NCBI GenBank assembly: GCA_037441475.1
Contig: JBBISB010000001.1
Location: 126,418-158,417, forward strand
From: Candidatus Iainarchaeum sp.
Lineage (GTDB): Archaea > Iainarchaeota > Iainarchaeia > Iainarchaeales > CSSED10-239
Direction of reading: 5' to 3'
DNA: 32,000 nt
Shown: piece by piece, positions 17,073 through 25,155 of the stretch
How the letters are laid out: every line of letters begins with the position of its first letter
How positions within the stretch are numbered: the stretch's first letter is position 1
Position numbers and translations under genes: made by a program
The notes under the pieces: model-generated
What the model saw: only the letters and a program-made list of their open reading frames with translations
What the model was told of the DNA's origin: nothing
The model's database searches: none

Positions 17073-19967
17073 TTAATTAACAATACATGCTCCTCTTGCA
17101 TTTATCCAGCTATTTTGAGAATCTGAAGATAAATCATTACTGAATAATGGTTCTGATACTGCAATTGGGTTGTAATATACTTTTAAGTTGTTTGCACTAT
17201 AATCAATACATGCTTTCTTATCTTTTACAAGAGCAAAGATTTCTGATACAAACTTAATATCATTTCCTAAAATATTCTTAAGTTCAACTGTCTTTGATCC
17301 ATTTTTTTCTCTTGTATAGAATAATGCATCATCGTCATAAGCATCTTGGTATAATACACTTACACCATTACCGCTCTTGAAATTACTTGGTGTGTAAAAG
17401 ACTGTTCTTAAATAAACATCTCCTCTTCTTGTGATGTTTCTATTTTCCCATTCAACACCGTATGAAACTCCTTGACTTGATGTTGTTGGTGCAAGTCTTG
17501 AAGATAATGCTGCAATGTCTGGTCTGTAAAGGTATACTTCTTGAACAGAAATACCTGTAAAGTCTAAACAATTTCCAACACCTGTCCATGGAACTAAGCT
17601 TCCAGGAGTACTTGCAGGAGATCCACCTAATGCTTGTGGTGCACCTATATCAAGCTTATAGAAACTATAAGCATTGTTAGCTTGGTTTGAAACTTTTAAA
17701 ACAACTGGTGTTGCTCTAGAAGGAACAAAAACTAACCTTGGATTTGTTTTTGTACTTGATAAAGAAATGTCTAAAAGCATTCCTCTTGTTGAACTGTTGT
17801 TTATAAAAGAAAAGTCAGTTGCTTCTTTTCCATATTCCTTAACACTTATAGTATTAACTGTATTTGATTGAGTAAAAGGCTCAGTTCTTAAATATTCATT
17901 AGTTTGAAGTTGTGAGATTGTTACAATATCTCCTGTAAAGTCAACACCGTAACCTTGTCTTGCGTTCTCTGAATCAATACCAACAATACCATTAAATGGC
18001 ATGTAGTAAAGAGGAGAATCTCTTTCAGGTGCAAGTTCTCTAGTTAAGATAACTTCAACTTTTCCAGAAACTTCTCCTGTTGTTTTATTAAATAAATTCC
18101 ATTCATCATCAAATGTTACTTTTAATAAAACATTGTATCTTCCAGGTCCTTGAAGCATTAATCTACCAGGCTCTGAATCAAAGGAAGATTTAAATATTAA
18201 GTTATCTGTTGTAAAGTATTTATAGTAGCTATCCTTGTAGTAATCAGGGGCAGCTGTTATTGTGAATCTATAGTATCTATCAAAATCAGCTTTAAAGTCA
18301 TTAGAATAACCATCTTTCATTAAATAAGATCTAAACTCTACTAAAGAAGTATCTATCTTGTTATTCTTTGAATAAAGGTTTATGTTTTGAGATGTTTTTT
18401 CTAAGTTACATAAATCTGAGTTTGGAGTAAATTCATTTATTAAAATATTATCTGCTGTTGTAACCTCTAATGATTTATAAGGCTCTATTAAAGTTAAGAT
18501 AGCTTGTACCTTAAACTTTGTTTCATCATCTAAGATTAAACCAACATTAAACTTTTCAGATCCTGAGAATTTTTTGTTTGTAAAGTCAATAACATTTATT
18601 GTTATAAGTTTAGATGTTTGTAAAACATTGTCTTTGAAAACAATTATGTTAAGGTCACCGTATTTTGGAGTTGCTGCATTCTTATCACTTGAATTAAAGG
18701 ATCCTTTTAAAGTATAATCTACTGTTACAAAGGAAGCTTCATAATTTGAGTTTAATTGAGTTATACCTAAATTATTATTTTCTGAAATTAAGCTTTGAGT
18801 TATACCTGGTGTAGGACATGTAAATGAACCTTTGTTGTTTTGTACAAATGTTTCTATATCTTTTAATTTATTTAAAACTTCAATTGAGAATTGTGTTGCA
18901 TCACAGTAAATTGATTGTTTGTCTTTTTGACCTGTTAAGTCAGCATCACACCAGTTCTTTCTTGAAACACTCATTCCTGAGATTGTTTCTGCGTTGTCTA
19001 TACTGTATGTCCAGTCAAGAGCTATTCTTGGAAGAGCTTCTGTTCCTGTACTTCCTAAAAGAGTAGTACCATCTTCAGCTATACAGTTAACTTGATCAAG
19101 TTCAATTCCTGTAATATCGTCTCTTACATAAGAGTTAAAGATTAATTTAAATGGTTCTAAAACAACTTCTTGTTTTTTATTTTCATCAATTTTGTTTAGA
19201 AGTTTTTTATTTGAACCGTCTAAGTATTTTGAAATTTTAATTTGACTTGCACCTGTAAAGAAAGGTATCAACATTGAATAGCCACCCCAGATATCTTCAA
19301 AATCAAGTTCATAATCTACTTTTCCTGTATATGTTGACTTAGGATATCTTATTACAAAGTTTCTATATTCATATGCATTTTCAATAGTTTTGTTTGTATC
19401 TTCAAATAATATTTCTCTTTTTTGTATGTCTTTAGGTTGATTGTTTGAATCTAAAAGAGTTACTAGTTTTGTTTTTTCTGCAAGTCTGAAAAGAGGTGAG
19501 TTTTTACCATCATCTATTTCAGATAGATTTTTGGTGTTTATAAATCTTGCATCTAAGATGTTTTCATCTGTTAAAAGCATGTTATTTTTAACTATTTTTT
19601 GATCTATTCTATTATCTAAAAGGTAATTATCATATGGCTCAAAATAATCTATTTTATCAGTAGATATATTTACTTTGTCTCTGTCTAAGGCAAAATCAAT
19701 CTCTACTTTTGAAAGTTGAGAAAAGGTATTAATAGCTGAAAAAGCACCTGCTAGGACACCGTGCACAATTGGGTTTAGACCAAAGACTTTGTTTAAAAGT
19801 GTTTCAGCACCAGAAAACAATTGTTCAATAAGTACATTTCCTGCTTGGCTTTTGGCTTCACTAGCTAATTTATTAGCAGAGACAGGCATGCTTACAAATG
19901 AAAGCATAAGTGCCATTATTAAAAAAATTCCTAAAAATTTTATTTTATTATTTTTTATTTTTTCCAT
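17073..19967 (-). CDS. secreted stand-alone copy of the long C-terminal module (964 aa), paralog C
   Basis: 2895-nt ORF with TAA stop. AGGTG motif lies 9 nt upstream. Signal peptide (FLGIFLIMALMLSFVSMPVSA|NK). Motifs: LDWTY, YCDATQFS, GPGRYNV, YYMPFNG..RQGYGV, PWTGVGNCLDFTG, YLRTVFYTP, ACIDYS...GACIVN. Confidence 0.9.
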   Translation of the reverse strand: MEKIKNNKIKFLGIFLIMALMLSFVSMPVSANKLASEAKSQAGNVLIEQLFSGAETLLNKVFGLNPIVHGVLAGAFSAINTFSQLSKVEIDFALDRDKVNISTDKIDYFEPYDNYLLDNRIDQKIVKNNMLLTDENILDARFINTKNLSEIDDGKNSPLFRLAEKTKLVTLLDSNNQPKDIQKREILFEDTNKTIENAYEYRNFVIRYPKSTYTGKVDYELDFEDIWGGYSMLIPFFTGASQIKISKYLDGSNKKLLNKIDENKKQEVVLEPFKLIFNSYVRDDITGIELDQVNCIAEDGTTLLGSTGTEALPRIALDWTYSIDNAETISGMSVSRKNWCDADLTGQKDKQSIYCDATQFSIEVLNKLKDIETFVQNNKGSFTCPTPGITQSLISENNNLGITQLNSNYEASFVTVDYTLKGSFNSSDKNAATPKYGDLNIIVFKDNVLQTSKLITINVIDFTNKKFSGSEKFNVGLILDDETKFKVQAILTLIEPYKSLEVTTADNILINEFTPNSDLCNLEKTSQNINLYSKNNKIDTSLVEFRSYLMKDGYSNDFKADFDRYYRFTITAAPDYYKDSYYKYFTTDNLIFKSSFDSEPGRLMLQGPGRYNVLLKVTFDDEWNLFNKTTGEVSGKVEVILTRELAPERDSPLYYMPFNGIVGIDSENARQGYGVDFTGDIVTISQLQTNEYLRTEPFTQSNTVNTISVKEYGKEATDFSFINNSSTRGMLLDISLSSTKTNPRLVFVPSRATPVVLKVSNQANNAYSFYKLDIGAPQALGGSPASTPGSLVPWTGVGNCLDFTGISVQEVYLYRPDIAALSSRLAPTTSSQGVSYGVEWENRNITRRGDVYLRTVFYTPSNFKSGNGVSVLYQDAYDDDALFYTREKNGSKTVELKNILGNDIKFVSEIFALVKDKKACIDYSANNLKVYYNPIAVSEPLFSNDLSSDSQNSWINARGACIVN
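17076..19874 (-). other. shared C-terminal module, long form, stand-alone (mature 964-aa protein)
   Basis: Collinear with aa 1543-2426 of the 2426-aa ORF by eye alignment. Shared ordered motifs: LDW, YCDATQ, PG.Y.V, MPFNG(x9-10)RQGYGV, WTGVG.C.F.G, YLRT.FY.P, and C(x40-50)C at the C-terminus. Confidence 0.8.
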
Positions 19968-19976
19968 ATTTTTTTA

Positions 19977-19981
19977 CACCT
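19977..19981 (-). promoter_or_regulatory. Shine-Dalgarno-like site (AGGTG) for the 964-aa ORF
   Basis: Plus-strand cacct lies 9 nt from the ATG at 19965-19967. Confidence 0.55.
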
Positions 19982-20000
19982 TTTTTTAAAAATATAAAAA

Positions 20001-23000
20001 TTATTTAATTATTTGTATAGGGATATAACCACTTACATTAAACTCAGATAAGTTTTGAACAAGATATTGTTGTGTACTACCACTTATTCTTAATATTTTT
20101 TTACTTCCTGCTTTTTCACCTAAATAAATTGCAAAATAGCCCATAGCTCCAGAAGAACTTGGGGAAGTGTAACCTATAAAGTCACCAGGAGATAAATTAT
20201 TTTCAGCGTAAGGACTACAGGTTTCATAATTACAAATAAAATTAACAACTGTAATTTTATTTGTTTTTTGAATACCTTCTAATGCAGCTAACTTATTATA
20301 CATTTCAATACCAGAACCATAGTTAGTTAAGTTAGGAGAAGTTCCATTCAAGGAATCTAAATTAATATAATTATTTGTAACACTAGAATCTTCAGTTTCA
20401 GTAGTGGTTGCAGTTCCAGTTCCAGGAGTGGTTGCAGATCCAAGAGTAGTAATTGTAGAAGTGCCTTTTACAGCAGCTTCAAGAGCAGTTGTTGCCTCTT
20501 TTATTTTTTTCTTATCTCCACCAGCAATTGCTGCTTTTAAAGCAGTTGCAGCAGTAATAACATCAGAATCATTATTTCCCTCTACACTTTTTAATAATTT
20601 ATTTGCCTTATCTTCTGCTAAAGCAAATATCTTACCTTGTAAAAAAGCAGAGATAGTTGTAGTGTATATTCCTTCTCTTAAGAAAGCAACAAAGGCCATC
20701 TTCCATTTAGCATTTTCTTTTACAGTAAACTGTCCTGTTATCTCTTGACTATAACAAAGGTTAATAATGTTTGTAACATCGTAAGCTATAGCACTCATAG
20801 AAAGACCAGTACTCTCAGATGTCTCTGATCTATAAAGATCAAACTCATATCTTTCAAGATCTAAACAATAGTCAGTAGGTCTAACATATACCTTAACTCT
20901 TTTTATTAAATCTTCATCTTGTCTTGATTCTTTCATAGCACCGTAAACGTTTAAAACATAAGCACCAGGTGTTGCGCCCATAGATGATACTGTAACAGCT
21001 TGACTTGTACCTGTAGAAGATACCTCAATATCTCCTCTAGGATCAACTATAAGACCAATACAATCATCACATGAAAGTCTGTATACCATGCTTGTAGAGC
21101 ATGCTTTATTTTCAATAGTGAAAGAGTCCCCCATTTGTCCAACATTTAAAGTGTTCTTTGAGAATACAACACAGTCTTTTAAATTTGTAACATCAATCTC
21201 AAAAGCGATTTCAGAAACTATTTCTTGAGATCCATTACCAGTATTGTTAATAGATCTAAATTGTACCTTACCTTTAACAGTTCCTTTCATTCTTCCTATA
21301 GGTTCATACTTTAAAACAACTGGAAGAGATCTATCTCTATCAAAAGTATCAAGTAAATTTCTATAGTTACCATGTGTAAGTTCAACAGATCTATTATCTA
21401 TACTTACTATAAACTTACCTTGTGGATTAGATTCAAATAATACTCTTGCTTCAAGACCATTTGATAAAGGCATGTTTGTTCCTTTTATAGAACATGTGTT
21501 TGCAATTATAAAGTTTGTTTGTACAGGTTTATTTATAGAAACATCTTTCCATAAACCATTTGAAATTGTTAAACAATTTGAATTATCAATCATACCATCA
21601 AAGCCAATATTTACTTTAATAGGAAGTTCTGTTTGCCATTTATTATCTCCACTTGAAAGAACAATGTAAAGTGTTGAAGATAAATTTTGAAGTTCTCTAA
21701 TAGTTTCAGCTCTTGGGTTTAAACTTATTGTTAAAGGTATAACTTTTGAAGCATCTTTGTTGTCAGGTAAACTTGATACTGTATCGTATCCTTTTATAAC
21801 AATTCCAACACTTTCAAGAAGAGAATTATTAATTCTTGCTAAGTCAACAACCTCTAAACCATTTCCTTTAACAACTAACTCTTCAATAGTTAAGTCTATT
21901 GGAAAAATATTATTAATTGTAAAGTTTTCTGTTTTTTGTTTTTCATTAAAGATATTTAATGAATATGCTAAGTTTCTTGGTATTATATTAAATAATCTAT
22001 CAGTAGCTCTAAGCTCTATTAAAGTAGTTTCATACTCTGGAGCAGAAACATAAACATATATAACATCATTTGGACCTTGAGCAGGGATGTTTGAAACATT
22101 TAACTCTCCTGTTGAGTTAGGTATTGCAAGAGGTCCTTTTATTGTATCTTTAAATCTATCTTTAATAGTTACAGTAGCATCTTTAACAGGAACTGAAGAT
22201 TTTGAATCTTTTTGTTTTACTAAAAGATTAAAGTTTTTACCTGAAGGTATAACTTGTGGATCAGCTGTAACAATTAATGTTTTATCAGAAGCAACATCTA
22301 TGAATAATTGATTAATAAATCTTACTCTTTGATCTGATATAAACTTAATAGATAAGTTTCTTGTACCTTTTAATTTAGGAGTGAAAATAATTTCACCAGT
22401 TACCTTTTGTTTAGATAACAATTGTGTTATTGAAATATCAAAAGTGTATGAAGATGGATTATTCTGTGTGAATATCTCTCCATTTGGTTTAATGATCTTA
22501 ATAGTTTTAATATCAAGACCTTCATCAATATTCTCTAAAATGAATCTTGAGGATAAATATCTTGTTTCATTTGAGTTATTGATTAATGTAAAAGTATACT
22601 TATACTCTTTGTTTGGTTTTGCACCAAAACTATCAGTAACATCGTATCTTAAATCTTCTAAAACATCAACCATTGTTGAAGAGAAACAAAACTCTGTAGA
22701 ACAGAAAAGTTCACTTCCCACACCGTATGTTATATGGTCATAAACATCATAATATTCTATTTTATCATTACTTCCTAAATATTGGCTAAATGTTTCATAC
22801 TCTTCATCTTGGTTTAAACCAAAACCAAGATTATATATTTTTAGTTCTTCACCAAAGACAGCTGTATCTTTAACTGAAATTGTTGCTTCTATTTCATAGT
22901 TGTTATAGAAACCAATAGAACCTGTATAATCAATAGGCCATTCCTTTAATGTTGCTTTAGCCCATTTAAAATTTCCTTCAGTTAAGCTATCTTGATCTTT

Positions 23001-25115
23001 AAAGCCTTCACTTTCATGTGGAGGGTTTAAGTTATATTGAGTGTATTTTTGTATACTATCTAAATATGGAACATCTAGATGTTTAATAAATAAAGAATCA
23101 TTTTCAATCATTGAAGTTGAACCTGTTCTTAATAAGAAACCAATATCTTCAAATCTATCATCTCCAGTTCTGTTTTGAGGAACTAAAAGATTATATCTTA
23201 CTTGATAATCCATTCCAGCCTTTAAATTATCTTTAACTTCTAAACCATCTTTAAAGATACCAATAAACTCCATTCTAGGTTTTGATGTAGAACTGTTCTT
23301 TGGATATAAAGTAACTGTTAATTTTTCTTGAGTATCTGCTCTTAAAGGAACAAATCTTGATTGTGTTTTTCCATAAAAGTCATTTAAGTAATCTGTAGCA
23401 ACAACATAATAATCATTACCAGCATCAACAAAGAATTCAATTATTCCTTGTGAGTTTGTAAGATTACTTCTAAGTGGTATTGCAGGAGTAAAGCTGTAGT
23501 AACTATATCTATCGTATAAATCTATTCTTGCATCTGGAACTGGCATGCCATCTTTATCAACAACAGAGACAAGTAAAGAACCTTCTGAAATACCCATTGG
23601 TATTATAATTTCTCCAGAAAGATCTGGAAATTTAACATTAAATTCAAATGATGAAGATTCTCCAGTGACACTTCCCTTAATAGCTTTAGCTATATATCTT
23701 CCTGATGAAATATTTATTGTAGCATTTCCATCATAGTTTGTTACAAATGGTTTATAGTCTGTTAAAAAGCCAGTCTCTGCATCATATAAAACTACTTTTG
23801 CAAACTTAAAGCCTTTTCCATCCCAAGTTGTAACTTTAACTTTTAATGAAGCTAAAGTACCAGGAGTTATTAATGTTAATGGTATTACTATAGGTGTTGA
23901 AGGCATTTCTGCTTTTGCAGTTACGACTTGTCTTTTTATTAAATAACCTTCAGCATCAACAACTACATTATAGTCTTTTATTTCAGGGACAGTGAAAATT
24001 ACATATCCATTATCATCTGAAATTTTTGTTTCAATAGTATTATTTGAAATTGTTTTTAAACTTACTTCAGCATCTTTAACAGCACCAACTATTGGAGCTG
24101 TTACTCTTACATAGACATAACCTTTAACATCTGTTGTAAGTGTTTCTGTTTTAGTTGTATTTTCTGATAAATAATATGGTTTTGATAAAGTTCCGTATAA
24201 AGGAACTGTTCTTTGATCTGAATAGTTTGCTGTATATTCTCCTTTAGAAACTTCTTCGATTGTACATGTTCCGGTAGATATAGTTATACATGAACCAGCA
24301 GAACCGTAGTTGTTTGTTAAAGTTACCTTAATATTTGATAAGCCTTCACCTAAGGAGTTTTTAACATTAAAAACAACCTTAAATTTATCTCCTTCAAAAT
24401 TAAAGTTTGTAGGTATAAGTGCAATTCTTCCTGTTGAGTTTGTAATAGGAATATCATACTGTGAAACATACCCTGTAAAAGATATTGAAGAGATTGCTAA
24501 TCTACATTCAGGGAAAGCATCAACAGTTATTTGACCATTTGAAAAATTCATTGGTGCAGGAGCCATGCTTCCATTTAAACATTTAAAAGCAACTGAACCT
24601 GATCTATCAATAATTTGATTTGTTTCAGAGTTTACTGCATTAAAGGAATAAGTAACTGTAAGAGGTGTTACTTTAGTTGGTTCTAAAGCTAAAGGAATTA
24701 TCTCAAAATTTTCTTTAGATAAAATCTCTGTTGTGAAATTATTATAATTCTCTTCAGAAATATCTATTTTATAAAAGGAATTTTTAGGAACTTTTGATTT
24801 TTCAGTAAGACCATTTTCTGAAGTTTTAAGATATAGGTTACCTTCTGTAGTTGAAACTATTAAAGATATATTTTCAAGCAAAGCACCTGTATCTGCATCC
24901 ATAACCTTAAACTGGATATCAACTCCATCTCTTACTCCACCTGAAGGTAAAAGTAAAAAGATAAGTCCAGAAATTATAATTAAGATTAAAAGAAGAAATA
25001 AAACAAATGAAGGCATAACCTTATCTATCTTATCTGTGATCTTGTAAAGACCAGTTCTTTCAACAAAACTATAGTATCTATCTTCTAGATTGTAATAAAA
25101 CTTTTTAAGTCCCAT
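20001..25115 (-). CDS. giant N-terminally anchored surface protein, paralog B (1704 aa): anchor, beta-sandwich array, Cys-bracketed domains and a unique Ala/Thr-rich tail; lacks the shared C-terminal module
   Basis: 5115-nt ORF with TAA stop. AAGAGGTT motif lies 7 nt upstream. TM at aa 36-56. At least 6 CarboxypepD_reg-like repeats (SLLVSVVDKDGMPVPDARIDLYD; YVYVRVTAPIVGAVKDAEVSL). Central motifs are shared with paralogs (FCSTEFCFSSTMVDVLEDLRYD, IIANTCSIKG, TIENKAC, TPGAYVLN). Confidence 0.9.
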   Translation of the reverse strand: MGLKKFYYNLEDRYYSFVERTGLYKITDKIDKVMPSFVLFLLLILIIISGLIFLLLPSGGVRDGVDIQFKVMDADTGALLENISLIVSTTEGNLYLKTSENGLTEKSKVPKNSFYKIDISEENYNNFTTEILSKENFEIIPLALEPTKVTPLTVTYSFNAVNSETNQIIDRSGSVAFKCLNGSMAPAPMNFSNGQITVDAFPECRLAISSISFTGYVSQYDIPITNSTGRIALIPTNFNFEGDKFKVVFNVKNSLGEGLSNIKVTLTNNYGSAGSCITISTGTCTIEEVSKGEYTANYSDQRTVPLYGTLSKPYYLSENTTKTETLTTDVKGYVYVRVTAPIVGAVKDAEVSLKTISNNTIETKISDDNGYVIFTVPEIKDYNVVVDAEGYLIKRQVVTAKAEMPSTPIVIPLTLITPGTLASLKVKVTTWDGKGFKFAKVVLYDAETGFLTDYKPFVTNYDGNATINISSGRYIAKAIKGSVTGESSSFEFNVKFPDLSGEIIIPMGISEGSLLVSVVDKDGMPVPDARIDLYDRYSYYSFTPAIPLRSNLTNSQGIIEFFVDAGNDYYVVATDYLNDFYGKTQSRFVPLRADTQEKLTVTLYPKNSSTSKPRMEFIGIFKDGLEVKDNLKAGMDYQVRYNLLVPQNRTGDDRFEDIGFLLRTGSTSMIENDSLFIKHLDVPYLDSIQKYTQYNLNPPHESEGFKDQDSLTEGNFKWAKATLKEWPIDYTGSIGFYNNYEIEATISVKDTAVFGEELKIYNLGFGLNQDEEYETFSQYLGSNDKIEYYDVYDHITYGVGSELFCSTEFCFSSTMVDVLEDLRYDVTDSFGAKPNKEYKYTFTLINNSNETRYLSSRFILENIDEGLDIKTIKIIKPNGEIFTQNNPSSYTFDISITQLLSKQKVTGEIIFTPKLKGTRNLSIKFISDQRVRFINQLFIDVASDKTLIVTADPQVIPSGKNFNLLVKQKDSKSSVPVKDATVTIKDRFKDTIKGPLAIPNSTGELNVSNIPAQGPNDVIYVYVSAPEYETTLIELRATDRLFNIIPRNLAYSLNIFNEKQKTENFTINNIFPIDLTIEELVVKGNGLEVVDLARINNSLLESVGIVIKGYDTVSSLPDNKDASKVIPLTISLNPRAETIRELQNLSSTLYIVLSSGDNKWQTELPIKVNIGFDGMIDNSNCLTISNGLWKDVSINKPVQTNFIIANTCSIKGTNMPLSNGLEARVLFESNPQGKFIVSIDNRSVELTHGNYRNLLDTFDRDRSLPVVLKYEPIGRMKGTVKGKVQFRSINNTGNGSQEIVSEIAFEIDVTNLKDCVVFSKNTLNVGQMGDSFTIENKACSTSMVYRLSCDDCIGLIVDPRGDIEVSSTGTSQAVTVSSMGATPGAYVLNVYGAMKESRQDEDLIKRVKVYVRPTDYCLDLERYEFDLYRSETSESTGLSMSAIAYDVTNIINLCYSQEITGQFTVKENAKWKMAFVAFLREGIYTTTISAFLQGKIFALAEDKANKLLKSVEGNNDSDVITAATALKAAIAGGDKKKIKEATTALEAAVKGTSTITTLGSATTPGTGTATTTETEDSSVTNNYINLDSLNGTSPNLTNYGSGIEMYNKLAALEGIQKTNKITVVNFICNYETCSPYAENNLSPGDFIGYTSPSSSGAMGYFAIYLGEKAGSKKILRISGSTQQYLVQNLSEFNVSGYIPIQIIK
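23301..24923 (-). repeat. protein-level tandem array of CarboxypepD_reg/prealbumin-like beta-sandwich repeats (paralog B, aa ~65-605)
   Basis: DIQFKVMDADTGALLENISLIV; FKVVFNVKNSLGEGLSNIKVTL; YVYVRVTAPIVGAVKDAEVSLK..DDNGYVIFTV; LKVKVTTWDGKGFKFAKVVLYD..NYDGNATINI; LLVSVVDKDGMPVPDARIDLYD..NSQGIIEFFV. Boundaries are approximate. Confidence 0.75.
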
Positions 25116-25122
25116 ATTTTAT

Positions 25123-25130
25123 AACCTCTT
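25123..25130 (-). promoter_or_regulatory. Shine-Dalgarno-like site (AAGAGGTT) for the 1704-aa ORF
   Basis: Plus-strand aacctctt places the GAGGT core 8 nt from the ATG at 25113-25115. Confidence 0.55.
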
Positions 25131-25155
25131 ATTTTGAAAAATTCCTTTTTTATAA

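Noticed and set aside
20004-20200. NlpC/P60-like peptidase at the C-terminus of the 1704-aa protein (SPGDFIGY...GYFAIYLGE resembles GDL.f....HV.IY.G)
   Set aside because: The position of the catalytic His is Tyr. The nearest upstream Cys (NFICNYETC) are only about 12-16 residues before the GD motif instead of the usual 35-50 or so. No third polar catalytic residue is evident. The resemblance is too weak to call without a profile search.
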